Below, piece after piece: positions 51,831 to 64,000 of a stretch of 64,000 bases of DNA. A program made the translations under genes and the position numbers. The DNA is from Phoronis australis (Eukaryota; Animalia; Phoronida): positions 248,001 through 312,000 of the forward strand of contig NMRA01000408.1 of NCBI GenBank assembly GCA_002633005.1, given 5' to 3'. The notes below the pieces were generated by a model, which was not told the DNA's origin, made no database searches, and was given only the letters and a program-made list of their open reading frames with translations. Positions within the stretch are counted from its first letter, which is position 1. Every line of letters starts with the position of its first letter.

Positions 51831-54800
51831 GTGATAGATTTTCAGGCGATGCATGTGGGAGAGCAGCTGGCAGTGGCCGGTTCTTAGCCTGAAGATAGTA
51901 ACTTGTTCCTGCCGGTCAAGCTGGTGGATGTAGTCTTCTTTAGTCCCCAGCAGTAGGCGTGCCCTCCAGGCATTTCTAATGTGACTTAGTAGGAGTTTTT
52001 ACATCTCCATATGATCATGGTTGCGACGGGGCACCCAAAATGGGTTTCTCAATTTCTCAGGGCAGCCATTACCAATACTGTGTAACAAGATTTCCATGAC
52101 CCCTAACCAAATTGCTGTTTTAATATGGTACGTTTCTAAGAAAACATGGTTCAACACTTAAGTTTTTTGTATCTTGTGTCATTTCTAAACAAACGTTATC
52201 ATTCTGGAAATGCCAATGAGCTACTGATAATGAGTTGAAAGAGACACCCATGCTTAGTGGCACATATATACATAAAAAATAAAGACATAAAATGTCTGTA
52301 GTAACCTGTCGTACCAAGCGTTATGCAGTAATGATTATGCACTGACACCAATTATACATTGAATTTTTGTGTTTGTTATAAATAGAACCATAACCCCAAT
52401 TCTTTTGTCCAAATTTTGCATAATGAATAGTAATGATGATTGTGGATCACGAATGGTGATCCATCAAAGTCACGCAATCAATTCAACTTCTAATTTATTG
52501 AACTTTTCACTCTAACTTAATGTGAACTGCGTATAGATTTGAGGTCAACTAAATTAATATTAATCAATATGAACTCACAACCACGTGTAGGCAGTAAAGC
52601 TTCCTGAAATCATATATTGATGCCTACTTATGACGAAAATGACGTAACCAATGGTCACCATTCTTATAATTTTATATTTAAAATACATTTAAACAATAAT
52701 TTTAAGTCCTAACCATTTATTTTTGAAATTGACAGGTGTGCAAAAGGAAAGTCAGGTTTTACAGCCACCTGGTCAATGTAAAAAAATTGCAATTTTTCAG
52801 GCCGATCGCACAAAAACATGCAAATTTCGATTCCTCTATAAATGGGCTACAAAAGTTGCTTGGAATTTTCTATGAAAACTTTTTAGCTTCAAAAAGAGCA
52901 CAGCTGTCAAAATGAGGAATTCAATATTCTATGCAAAATTCAGAAGCATCCTTTGGCAATTGGTTTTCATGTGTGCATGACACATTTTATTATGAATTTT
53001 TAACTAAAATGAATCGAAAATCAATAACTTCAAAAACAGGTGTAAGGTTGCTATGAATATGATACATCAATCTTTCATCAGTCAGAATTTCATCACGACG
53101 TAGTATGATGGTGAATATTTCATAACACCATTATCCGTTCTGTTCACTCATCACGCAAATAAATACATACATAATAAAATTAAGCAGTTTTGTTAAAAAT
53201 TATGACGGATGGTAGAACTTGCAAATTGTTTCTATGATAAACGACACTAGCACTTAGTACTCAACTGTCATAAAATCTCACCAAATTTGGAGAAACGTAA
53301 TTACTTAAATTACCCTATTCGCACTTTTAAGGGCTTCCAAGATTGTCATGAAAGCCCGCAAATTTTCAAAAAATTGTCTGATGGTAGCTGTAGTTCAGAA
53401 TGAACATAAGACAGTCTGAATTTTGTGCTATATCTCTCGTGGAAAAGACGAAAAAAACACTCGTCGGCCATATTGTGTCCTAAATTGGCAACGTTTTAGC
53501 ATGAACCGAAATACAAATGCTTTAAATGAGGTTCAAGTTGGAATCAAAATTTGCAGAAAATGCAGCAGTGGAAATCAGAACAGGAAATCGAGCTTCCACC
53601 AAAAGCACGCCAAGCCTCTGGGGATTTGATCAATACAAACAGTGGTGGCACGCTTAGCGGAGTTTAAACGGTTACCAAGGAATGATGCATTGTTGATTGA
53701 AATTCACCAATACACTTAAAAGCATTAACTAGCTCCTGTAGTAGAGCGTGATTTAAAGAGTTAGTAGTTCAGGTGAACCAGCGTGGGCACCTATATGATT
53801 TTTCTTATTCCTGGCCATACCAATTTCATTGACAATAATCAATACAGCTAGGCGGTTGAAAATACAGTCGTCATCTTCAGCACAATCAACTCGGTTAAAT
53901 ATCGTCCATCGTTACTACCTGGGCAATTAGCGGGTACACACAGAGATGTGCACTGGACTTTCGACATCATGACTCTTATCATCAAATGTGGCTGTAGTGG
54001 TCAGTATCTACATAAATTACACACGAACCTTTGATGATGGCAGTAATACGCGGAGGGGGGGTGAGGGAGGAGGGAATACCCAGCGGTTACACGAGGCCAA
54101 GACCACAGTCCTGACCAGATTAAACCCTCTTTTTTGACTAAAAATATCCATAATGCTTTCTCAGCAAGCCCTGAACAGAGGTAGGCTTTTATAGCAAGTA
54201 TAAATGCTTATGTGTCAACACTTAGACCCTGACACCTCCACCAAGGCCTACCTTTTGTTTGGTCCCATTAATCCTGTAGCAGGGCTAAAACTTGTGTGCA
54301 ATCAACTGTACATCAAGTAAGACACAAAGATTAGTTAAGGAAGTTGGTCAACACATTTAAACTGAAACATATCCTGCTTAGAATTTTTAATGACTTGGCA
54401 TTATACTCACTACTATTATGAGAACTAACATAGTGCTCTTAAATAGCTAAGGAAATGAAGACAATCAACAACAAAAAGAAGTATTATAGCATAGAGAAAT
54501 GGGGTCGGAACAAAGAAACAGGATTCCTTTTCTTAAATTTCACAATCTAAACCTGCATCTCATACATACTCAAAAACGACAGCAACATCTTGTATTGGTG
54601 AAAAAATTAAATTATGAATTCAACAGTTTGGCCGCCTAAATTTCAAATACTGTCCTTCAAGTCATTCATAAGTTCCCCATATTACTAATAATGATGGAAC
54701 AATTTCTAAACTGGATTCTTACTTTACATTTAATTTACACTGCACCTGACTTTGAACATAAAACGCATTAGCTCAGCCGTGAAACACGGCGTCGATGACA

Positions 54801-56539
54801 AACAATTGTACTGGCTACAAACGCACATGAGGAGATGATACATTTGATGTATTATTGATTTTTGGAAGCTGGGGAGACTTGTCTCTCACTCGGGGTAATT
54901 AAATCTGCCACAGCCAGACCATTAGGTTGTCTAAACTGTGAATAAGTTTGCAGAATATCCAAGTCATCGTGCTGACGGAAAAGATCATGTTGGTTATACA
55001 AGAAGCCTAAGCTATGCTGCAAAAAAGTTCTTCCTAAGCACTCAGAAATCATTTCATGCAAGTAATAGTTTACATATTCAAAATAATTAAAAAGTAATTC
55101 TGTAATTTTCACATAAAGAGCTTAGACACCTAAAATCTTACTAATGGTACATTTTGCAGAACTTTTTGTAATTTCTCGTGTAAAATTCATAAAAAATATA
55201 ACTTGTTTCACAATATCTGAAATAACAAAACCCAGTTGAAAATAACAGTTTTCAAATAAAAAATTCGGAGCTGAATTATAATTTTCTGATCAAACAGTTG
55301 CTGTGGTTTCACAGCCATTTTGTACAGTAAACCTGGCGTGCGTTCAGTGACGCTAGGAACTACGCTAGGACCTAGCTAAAATCTAGCCAAAGTCACGTGT
55401 TCTCACTTAAAATACACGGCCACATCTCACGTAATCTCACGTCTTGCTTTTTAGCGAGGCCCTAGAGGGACTAAACGGGAGGCTGACGTGCAATTCACCA
55501 TGGTTTTCTTTCCGTCTGCAATCTAAAGCTCAGAAATAGTTTCACTTTGTAACATTTTTTGGTTTTAGATGACATTCAAATTTAACATGTATTTGAAATG
55601 ACTGTATTTACTCTATCCATTCCATCAATAAGACTGTACATTCTTAAAAAAGTGCCGACTTCATATTTCAAAATCCATTACTGTTTAAAAGTGCCCTAAG
55701 GATATACCAGAGCTTCTTTACAAAAAAGTGTATGTATTTTGTAACATTCCATACATGTCAAGAAAAATATCTTATCTTCACCCTCAGTTAACTTCAAATA
55801 GTAAGTATATAATGTGTATGGTGAAAACATGGATTTCATAGAACAACTTTCAAGGCCTGGAGGTTTGTTTGTTACAGAGCAAGATTCAAAGGTTACAGAG
55901 CTGTCACTCAAATCAAATCTCTTGCCATGCATTATATATGTGCCACAAGTTACATTACCCAAGAGACCCAATGCAGATTGCGAGCTAAGTGCTCATAATT
56001 TTGATAAAATGTTTTAACTAATTTAAATTTGAGAACTATTTCTCACTGTAGCAATTAAAAAATTATTAAACATTTAATCAAAAATGCATTCTGGTATACA
56101 TATTATCAATGCACAGAGTCCCATATAGCGATGGGCAATTTTTGTTTTGACAAATGCTGGCAAAAGCAAACTCATAACCCAAATTCATTCATTTCAATTA
56201 TTGGACATTTTGGTGTTTCGATCTAGTTGGTTTCTTGAAATTCAGCCTCTAGTGAGTCTAATACAGAGTGTACCATAATGCACTATTGACCTATTAACGA
56301 TAGCTCCTCCCCGTGACCTATATTGAGACAAAACTCTGAACAATGACTCTGACAATACAACCTTTAAGTGGAAATTAATTTAATTAGGTAACATAAATTC
56401 ATTTGACATTTTCACTAAAAGAAGACTTAAATAAATAAGTAAGCGAATGAGTAACTTGTGTCGAGTAGTAACTTGTTTTTTTAGTAACTCGTTTGCCGCT
56501 TTTTCTCGAATCTGCCTGACAATCAAATGCTGCCGGTGC

Positions 56540-57522
56540 ATTCACATGACATACAGGTGTCAAGTTTCATTGAAATCTGCCAATCGGTTCTGTAGACCAA
56601 TCACCTGGAAATGCTCTTCTGCCCAACACTTGAAAAGCACTTGTCGAGAACAAAATTGCCAATAGGAGCTGCAGTGGCAGGCCTTTATGCAGCATAGGTC
56701 CTGGGCGTCCATTTGGACCCCTCTCACTAATCTGGACGCCCTGGCAAGGACGCTCAATGTATCATTTGGACGCCCACTGTCAATAGGAACCTTTCAAGTT
56801 TGGACTCACACATTGTAATGAATACTATGAAGCCTCTGAAGGCTCACAGTGGGGGCTCTTTTTCAAAGCAGGAAGAAATATACAATGTATATAAAAAGTA
56901 TATGCATTGTTGCTATTTTGACACTTGATTGACAGCATTGTAAGTGTTGGTCTACAGTTTTTTTTTTAGTAAAAATGCTCACCATAGAAGGCTGTTTTAT
57001 AAACTTAGATGTAAAACCTTGATCTATGCATCTTTTGTAAAAAAATCTGTGTGTTTGGGGGTATTGCTGGGAGTGGGGGGGTTACGCGTCGGAATCATGG
57101 ACGCCCTGGAATATTGGGAACCCCATTTTGGACACCCTATTTTCAAAATCCTGGATAAAGGCCTGTGCAATGGTCGAATCCGGACACAAATTTAACGGTG
57201 GTGGTGCACTTACGTATATCATGTACCTTTGTGTCAAGTTTCATTTAAATCCGCCAATCCATTCTTTAGATATCACCCGGAAACGCTCTTCCCAAAAATA
57301 CTAAGAAAGCCAAGCCCCCCCTGACCTCAGGGGGTGGGGCAGACTGAAAAGTGGCATGAACCGTTCTACTGATGTTGTACACACTTGTGCCAAATTTAAC
57401 TAAAATCTGACCAGGGGTTTTTAAGATATCGAGCGAACAGCCAGACAGACAAGACAACCAGACGCCCGCAGAAAGTGACAACAACATGCGACCACATACA
57501 GGTAATATGTGGGCGCACAAAA
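56540..57522 (+). mobile_element. Helentron/DINE-like host element interrupted by the hAT MITE
   Basis: GTGTCAAGTTTCATT blocks on both sides of the insert. The 3' end has GACAGACA, a stem-loop ATGCGACCACATA...TATGTGGGCGCA and an A-run. Confidence 0.6.
56678..57165. mobile_element. hAT-type MITE (488 bp) nested in a Helentron/DINE-like element
   Basis: 15-bp TIRs CAGGCCTTTATGCAG / CTGGATAAAGGCCTG. 8-bp TSD TGCAGTGG (56670-56677) / TGCAATGG (57166-57173). Subterminal GGACGCCC repeats. Confidence 0.85.
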
Positions 57523-57884
57523 ACCCGCACAGTGCTTTGGAGACCAGATAATGTATACTTTTACTGGTTGACATCTCACAGTATTTTTGATAATTGACTT
57601 AGATTAAAGGTCACTACAACTTTCTGAATAGTCCAGTACATCTAAACTATCACAGCTCTATTGAAGGAAGGTTCTAATTACCCCGTCTTCACAGTTACTT
57701 TAGTGTCCCCATTTGGCTATCTTTAATAATTAACCACTGAATTTGTCACAAAAATCAATAACAATGCCACAAAGTGGCATTATCTAATTTCTTTGACGTA
57801 TCAATATTTATGCACTACTGAGTTGTTGACTTAGGAGGACTGTGTTGAAACAATTCTAGTGAAAAAGGCACAGAAGTAAGTCAA

Positions 57885-58401
57885 AGAGCACCAAATTTAA
57901 ATAACGGAATACTACGTAATAAATTAAAAAGGCCACCAGGGGGAGCACATACACTAAATTTTGTGAACATCCATCAAGTAAACTTGAGGCACAGGCAAAA
58001 AAAATTTTCCACTAGGGTGTGAACCAACGTCAGCAGTGCTCTTATCAAAAAGAACACAGCTGTGTTTGGCAGAGAGGCGATCACCAAAAACAGTGGCCAC
58101 AAGGGGGCACAAATTACATACAATTCGTCTGAAAATGGGAAGGAGCCATCTCCATAATATAAACCAATTTAACAAATTTCATGAAAACCTGTCAAGGCAC
58201 TCTCTAAATCAGGCTAATGCAATAATCTAAAAGTGCCACCAGGGGGCATACCAGTTACTCCAATACGTCTGCAAATTCTCCAATGCAATCCCATCCATGA
58301 CAGGAACACGTCTGCAAAATTTCATGAACATTCATCAAGGGGTTTAAGAGATACAGCAGCAGAGGCCCACACATATACCCGGTATATGTGGACAGAAAAA
58401 A
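57885..58401 (+). mobile_element. Helentron/DINE-like element with CTCF-like motif subrepeats
   Basis: Motifs at 57931, 58009, 58094 and 58234. Terminal inverted pair CACATATACC/GGTATATGTG (58370-58390) followed by an A-run. Confidence 0.55.
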
Positions 58402-60017
58402 TATAGAAGTGTCCCACCGATGTTAAAACAACACATACATAGCAATTTTATATTACTTCGGTATCATAATAAAACAGTATCGGTATCAAATAAGCAGCAT
58501 TGGTATCGGTACCATAGCAAGCCTTGAAACCCTGTTTTGAAACGCCTATGCTCGGCTTAACGTCTATCAATTTATATAATCGAATGTCTCTGTTAATGCC
58601 CGTCTCACGACAATTTTAGCTCCCAATTGTACACTACTCGCTCATCTTAGGCTGACTGACCGTTGATCAACAACAGCCGGTTTCAGGGCATCTTGCTGCA
58701 TCTGGGTGCGACAATACCCACTCTTTCAATGAGACATCAAATGGCGTCTGTGATTCATGCGCACTGTAATAGTACTCGTACTAGTAAAAATAGAAAGCTT
58801 TCGCGTGAACGAATCGACCATTACAGCAAACGCCTACTCCCGTCTTCTAAAAATTGTTTTTGAACGCCTATGCTCAGCTTAACGCCCACCCACAGATTTT
58901 TAATTTAATGATTTAAGCACGTGGGCGTAGCACAGACGAGGAAGATATAACAGCAGTATGGATTCTTCAGCTACGATGGATATATGACGGAACCTCTATG
59001 TCCAAGCACACGAAGCGGTTCGTAACAAAAAGAAACATTTATAGCTCAGGCATTTAGACAAACCAGTCTTCTCTATTATATGCAGAGTAAATTTGAACAC
59101 TGGAAAATCAATGCAATCATTTATTAATATGGTAGTAGTAGTGTACATTCTGCATGGCTAATGCATTTTCCGTGCAGGAACACGAGAAGCAAATGTCAGT
59201 AGGGCAACGAGAATGATTTTATTGCCAAGAAGAGGCTCCATGGCAAGTTATATTTAGTGCGTCAATACATCTATCATGAAGAGTTATCACTCATAACCCT
59301 GTAAAGATAACTTTGTAATTGTGAGGAATAGAAGCACCGCAATAGAATTGTGGTAAAACGTGTTAAATCTAGATTTAATCCAGGGCCCTGGAAAATGTCC
59401 AAATTTGGCTAACTTTGGAACGTCATACCTCAGAAATAGCAGATCGGATTCACACGAAACTTTCATATCCAATGCTTTTGTAAACAGGTTCACTTTTACA
59501 TGAGAGCTTTAAAAAACAGGAATTTTGTGTATAACACTCAGTTTCATAAAACGAAAACAAAAGGATAAAAGCTATGGGATTTGATCTTTAACATTTATAT
59601 CAAATGAAATCTAGTTATAATACAGCTTCTTAGCTAAATTTTACTTGTTCGCATGACCCCAATTAACGACAGATTAGCAAAAAGTTCTACAGGATTTCTA
59701 CTTTCAACAAAGTTACTCCACACACTTTTCTGGGCATTTGGTCAAATACACCGCTTGTCCATAATGCCCTACATAACCCCTAAGTGACCAGCCGAACAAG
59801 ACAGATGTGTAGCATCAAATGGATGTTTGTTCCATGTTCAAATCTTTACCACATCTAAGATCAGAAAATATTTTGATAATTTATGGGCATAGACATAACA
59901 ATGTCAGAAGCCTTTTGAAAAATGAAAAAAGTGTAATTTTGGAAATTATTTTTGTCTGGCATTAGTGAGATTGTACAATGCTTATCACCCAAACTTATCT
60001 TGTTTTAGTTAACATTC

Positions 60018-60265
60018 CATGCGTGCACCCAGCCTAAAAAGAGGGGGGCTCGAATTTTGGGAATGTGGACCTTCCTACTAAGATTCACCGGATACGTTCA
60101 GAGCTATAAGTTGTGCATCACCGAATTTTGGTAGTTCTTGCCTTTTTAGTAGACTTCTGACTCGTATTCTACTTTTTTTCTGAGCTTTTTGCCCACTTCG
60201 TCAAACGGGGGGGGGGGTCGTTCAAGCCACCCCCCCTCCCCCCAGCCCCCATGGGTGCGCGCATG
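60018..60265. mobile_element. MITE with 14-bp TIRs
   Basis: CATGCGTGCACCCA ... TGGGTGCGCGCATG with G/C-run subterminal tracts. Flanks CATTC/CACTC are at best an imperfect TSD. Confidence 0.65.
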
Positions 60266-60879
60266 CACTCAGGTTGGGCTCACTGCCAAAATTTACAAAT
60301 TACCAATGACCTCCTTAAAACACCATACTCTTCTGCTCTTTACTGAAGGAGGCACGAAATGCTTCTTTTTGCCATATTATATGGTAAAAGCAAGAAGCCA
60401 GCTCATTATCAAATGTTTGCATATAGGAAAATTTTAAAGATAGGAACTGCGCTATAAGCTGAGTCACGTATTACTGCACGTGATCACTCCATTACACACA
60501 AAAAGCCCTTAATACTACATTGTCCACAATCTGACGATGTTTTAGTCTAACACCGACTAAAGTTAACACAGGCTGAGTCATACTTACGACCAAAAAAGGT
60601 AGCAGTTTTTTGTGAAACAGGCGCCTGAACCGTAACTAGTGAGTACGACATAAATTTAAGTCGGTAAAGGAAGACAAAGTCATGGACACTCAGGAAACTC
60701 ATTCGCCCAACAAACAATCAAGCAAACAATACATCACAAAGCATAATAAATACAAAAATAATTGCAGGTAGTTTGGTACAGCTTGAACCAGATGTGCGCA
60801 GGAGGCTCGTGTGGGTCCATTGCATTAATCACCCGGAACCATTTTTATGCTTTATTAATTCACAATTAAAACCAAGCTG

Positions 60880-60963
60880 AGGAGCTAGAGACCTGACTCA
60901 GTGTGACTCGAACCCACAATGTTAAATAAAGCACGCAGACAATACCACCATGCCACACTGTCT
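60880..60963 (-). mobile_element. tRNA-derived SINE head remnant
   Basis: Minus-strand A-box TGGCATGGTGG (60955-60945) and B-box GGTTCGAGTCA (60914-60904) at Pol III spacing. No cloverleaf. Confidence 0.45.
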
Positions 60964-63006
60964 CTTCATAAATACACGTATATTATTATATACTTTTCTG
61001 AAATTACTCATAAATAATTTATTTCAGAGAAAATCCGAATGTATTGGAACAGCTTCGAGTTAACAGTGGAACCCAGTTTCATGTGATCAAAACCAAAACA
61101 CGAAACCCAATTCCAGCTTTGAGTCCCTCAATCACGCAAGTGTCAGGCTGATCAAGAAAGGGAATTAGTGAGATAACAAAGATAGAAGACATAAATTTGG
61201 CAGGGCTATGTTATTACCACCATATCTTATCTTTTTATCTTCACTATTTATGGCATTTCATCAATTATGAAATAGGTTTGGATGGAAAATATTTATCAGG
61301 TGATGAAAAAAGTAAAATTTGATTTGTTAGAAATCATGGCTTTTTCAATGTATTGAGAACTTATACACCAAGAGCAAGAGAAGTGACCTGAAGGTGTCGG
61401 CACAGGTATTACAGAGTCTATCCATTTGAAGTTGATGTAGATGACCTCTCTAAGTCACATCTTGAATTCAACTCTCAGCAGTTACAGAGGTAGAAAATGC
61501 ATTGCATGATTGACTGTTAGGGTTTGAAAGGTTTGAAATACCTGTATCACTGAGTATAATGTCACATGTATCAATATAATGATATATCGTGACCTTGACA
61601 AAAGGTCATATGCCAGCATTGCAACTGACTATCAACAATAAAATTAATACAAAATGTTCGCCCGAAACTCCTCTGCAAACTACAGTAAGTAAAAATACTT
61701 CCGTGGCTCCTCAGAATTGCAGTGAGGTTTCCATTCACGATTATCGTACTTCACTTTTTCTAATTTTTAGGTAATAATTAATTAAAAATACCAAGAACAC
61801 GCCTATTTCCAAATGCACTGAAGCCATTAAAAACAACTTACACTGGTCTGACCACATAAAAACTGGATTGAAAATGTTGCACCAAGTAACATGTTGTAAC
61901 AACATAATTAAACTTCATGGGTGTTTGCTCCTGGCTGGTCATATTGTCATGGATATAAAAATAGCCCTCAATGCAGCAAAGTAAATGTTATGATTGTAAA
62001 TCATACGCTCATTAATGGCTAACAAAAGGCTCAAAGCTAGAAGAGTTCACATGTGAATTTGTACGCATTCATAACCCAGTCTGTTTATAGGGTGATCCAT
62101 CCTAATTCTATAGCACAGAAAACATTAGTAGGAAGAAATAGATCTTATAATTTCAGAACAGCATTTGTGTTAACTTGAAGAATTACTGGTCTAAAAATAA
62201 TGGACAAGTACAGGGATTAACTGAAACGGGTTATTTAGCCACATTTTAACCACGTGCACTAAGCTGCAGACTGCGTCAAGCAGAAGACATTAGATCATAT
62301 TTTTCTAAGCTTTTCAGTGGGACAAGCACACTGAACTATTCATAAAGCATATACAAGCATGTGTATCCCTAGATGAGGTAAACAGGCTAAATCACTTCAA
62401 ATATCTAACATAAAAACATTCAAGTCCAAATTGAACCGTTAACAAATGACCTGTCTACATTTTAAGACTACAGTTGGGGTTCATTGTCTCGAGTATTAAC
62501 TTGCAATTTACAAACTGTATCATCCGCAGACAACCTCAACCACACATTATTATTATTATTATTTTACAAAAGAAATCCTTCTATGCAAAGCTATTCCAAG
62601 TAAACGTCTCATGCATTGTGCTTTAGCAAGAGTTCTGGTGCATACATAATCATCATTCACAATTGGATTGTGTACATGGTCAATAGATAATTGACTGTTT
62701 GGCATTGACAAGACCACTGTAATACCTGGAATATCTCCAAATTTAAACATTAAAATCTATTATGTTAATCTCCAAATTCCAACATCAAAATCTATGCCAA
62801 GTTAAACTGAGCATTAGCTTAAAAGTCATCAGGCAAAAAGCTTCGTTTAAAGCAGCATTTTGTTCTCTTTAACTGGATAGAAACAAAAGTTGAATAAGGC
62901 CATTACTCATAAAATCAATAATATCGCAATATTCCATACCTTGATAGGATACCAACTGTAAAATTACGCATGCACGTATTGCCCGTGACTTGAGTTGCCA
63001 GCTCAT

Positions 63007-63213
63007 TCGATAATAATTCAAGATCGACAATAATTCAAAATCCACAATAATTCAAGATCGACAATAATTCAAGATTGACAATAATTCAAGATCAACAATA
63101 ATTCAAGATCGACAATAATTCAAAATCCACAATAATTCAAGATCGACAATAATTCAAGATTGACAATAATTCAAGATCAACAATAATTCAAGATCGACAA
63201 TAATTCAAAATCG
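63007..63213 (+). repeat. 17-bp minisatellite with a 5-monomer (85-bp) higher-order repeat
   Basis: Units are AATAATTCAA + {GATCGAC, AATCCAC, GATCGAC, GATTGAC, GATCAAC}, repeated in the same order about 2.4 times. Confidence 0.95.
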
Positions 63214-64000
63214 GATGAGCATGACTATGTTTTTAAACCCATTTTAGAGCTTCTCGATATGAATTCAACATTGGCAGCTAAACAGTGTTGAGTTCTAAAC
63301 CAAAGACATTTTACTGGATCAAATTTTGTTTTCTATCAACTCAGTAACTTTGCAGTCCTGAAGAACACTGAGAATACAAACATCACAGACTGTTGTGCAC
63401 GATCTGTGATACCACCCCACAATCCGAATTTCTGAATTTCACCATTGAATCAACAGCTGTTGCAAATAGCCACTTCCCGGAATGCTAACAGCACGGGCCA
63501 CCCTCTCTGATCTGATTCTGCGATATTTACCCACAATGCCGCACATCCTTGTGGCACTAACGTCCAATATTAGTACACTACTGCCTTGCCAATAACTATT
63601 TTACATTGAAGTTAATTTACTAAGTTACTACATTTGTCCTTCTGATGAATAATGTTTTAATGGTTAATAGTGAGTAGAGTAGCAATGCTGACTGACGTCA
63701 CAGCAACAGCCATCAAATGTGAGATGAGCCAACTTATCCAAATAAAACATCTATCAGAACTGTAATGAGCATTTGACCATGTGGTATGGAAGGACAGGGC
63801 TGGAAATAGACTTAAGTGGCTAACTGACATAAAGGGTCTGGCTATTTATAGCATACATCAACAGACAGGAGACAGGAGTTTTACTGTGGTTTGTGTACTT
63901 TGTAGAAAGATTTTTCAGTCATCCAGGAACCCCATACCAGCTTCGGTGTGGTTACTTTGAGGGACATTTACGTAAACAGTAGGTGACGCTGTTGCATCGA

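Noticed and set aside
54852-55112. Minus-strand ORF as the missing DGK N-terminal exon
   Set aside because: No similarity to type II DGK N-termini. The only plausible donor (GTGAG near 54890) is phase 1, whereas the next exon needs phase 0.
60880-60963. tRNA gene
   Set aside because: A and B boxes are present but there are no acceptor or anticodon stems; better explained as a SINE remnant.
63007-63213. 17-bp repeats as a possible CRISPR or iteron array
   Set aside because: The variable part is only 7 nt and recurs periodically; this is an ordinary minisatellite.

Overview
This is AT-rich eukaryotic (metazoan) genomic DNA, not prokaryotic. An invertebrate bilaterian origin, possibly a deuterostome, is an inference from repeat style and protein similarity. 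The window is dominated by one intron-rich minus-strand gene, a type II diacylglycerol kinase (DGK eta/delta family). I reconstructed eight GT-AG exons (45272 down to 1028) that splice in phase into 282 aa covering the PH domain, C1A, C1B and the start of the catalytic domain ([15 protein letters not shown]). The N-terminal exon was not found, and the gene continues off the left edge. The introns contain MITEs (hAT with target-site duplication, Tc1/mariner-like, Harbinger-like), Helentron/DINE-like elements with ~130-bp subrepeats carrying CTCF-like motifs, a 400-bp foldback and several mini/microsatellites. Three single Ns mark assembly joins: one creates a false frameshift in an exon and two sit between duplicated segments that look like uncollapsed haplotypes. 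The best candidates for new biology are an internal TATA+Inr promoter with an alternative first coding exon (28691-28786) that would give a PH-less DGK, a second candidate cassette/start exon (20927-20978), and transposon-borne CTCF-motif arrays. I found no CRISPR, rRNA, tRNA gene or prokaryote-type system.
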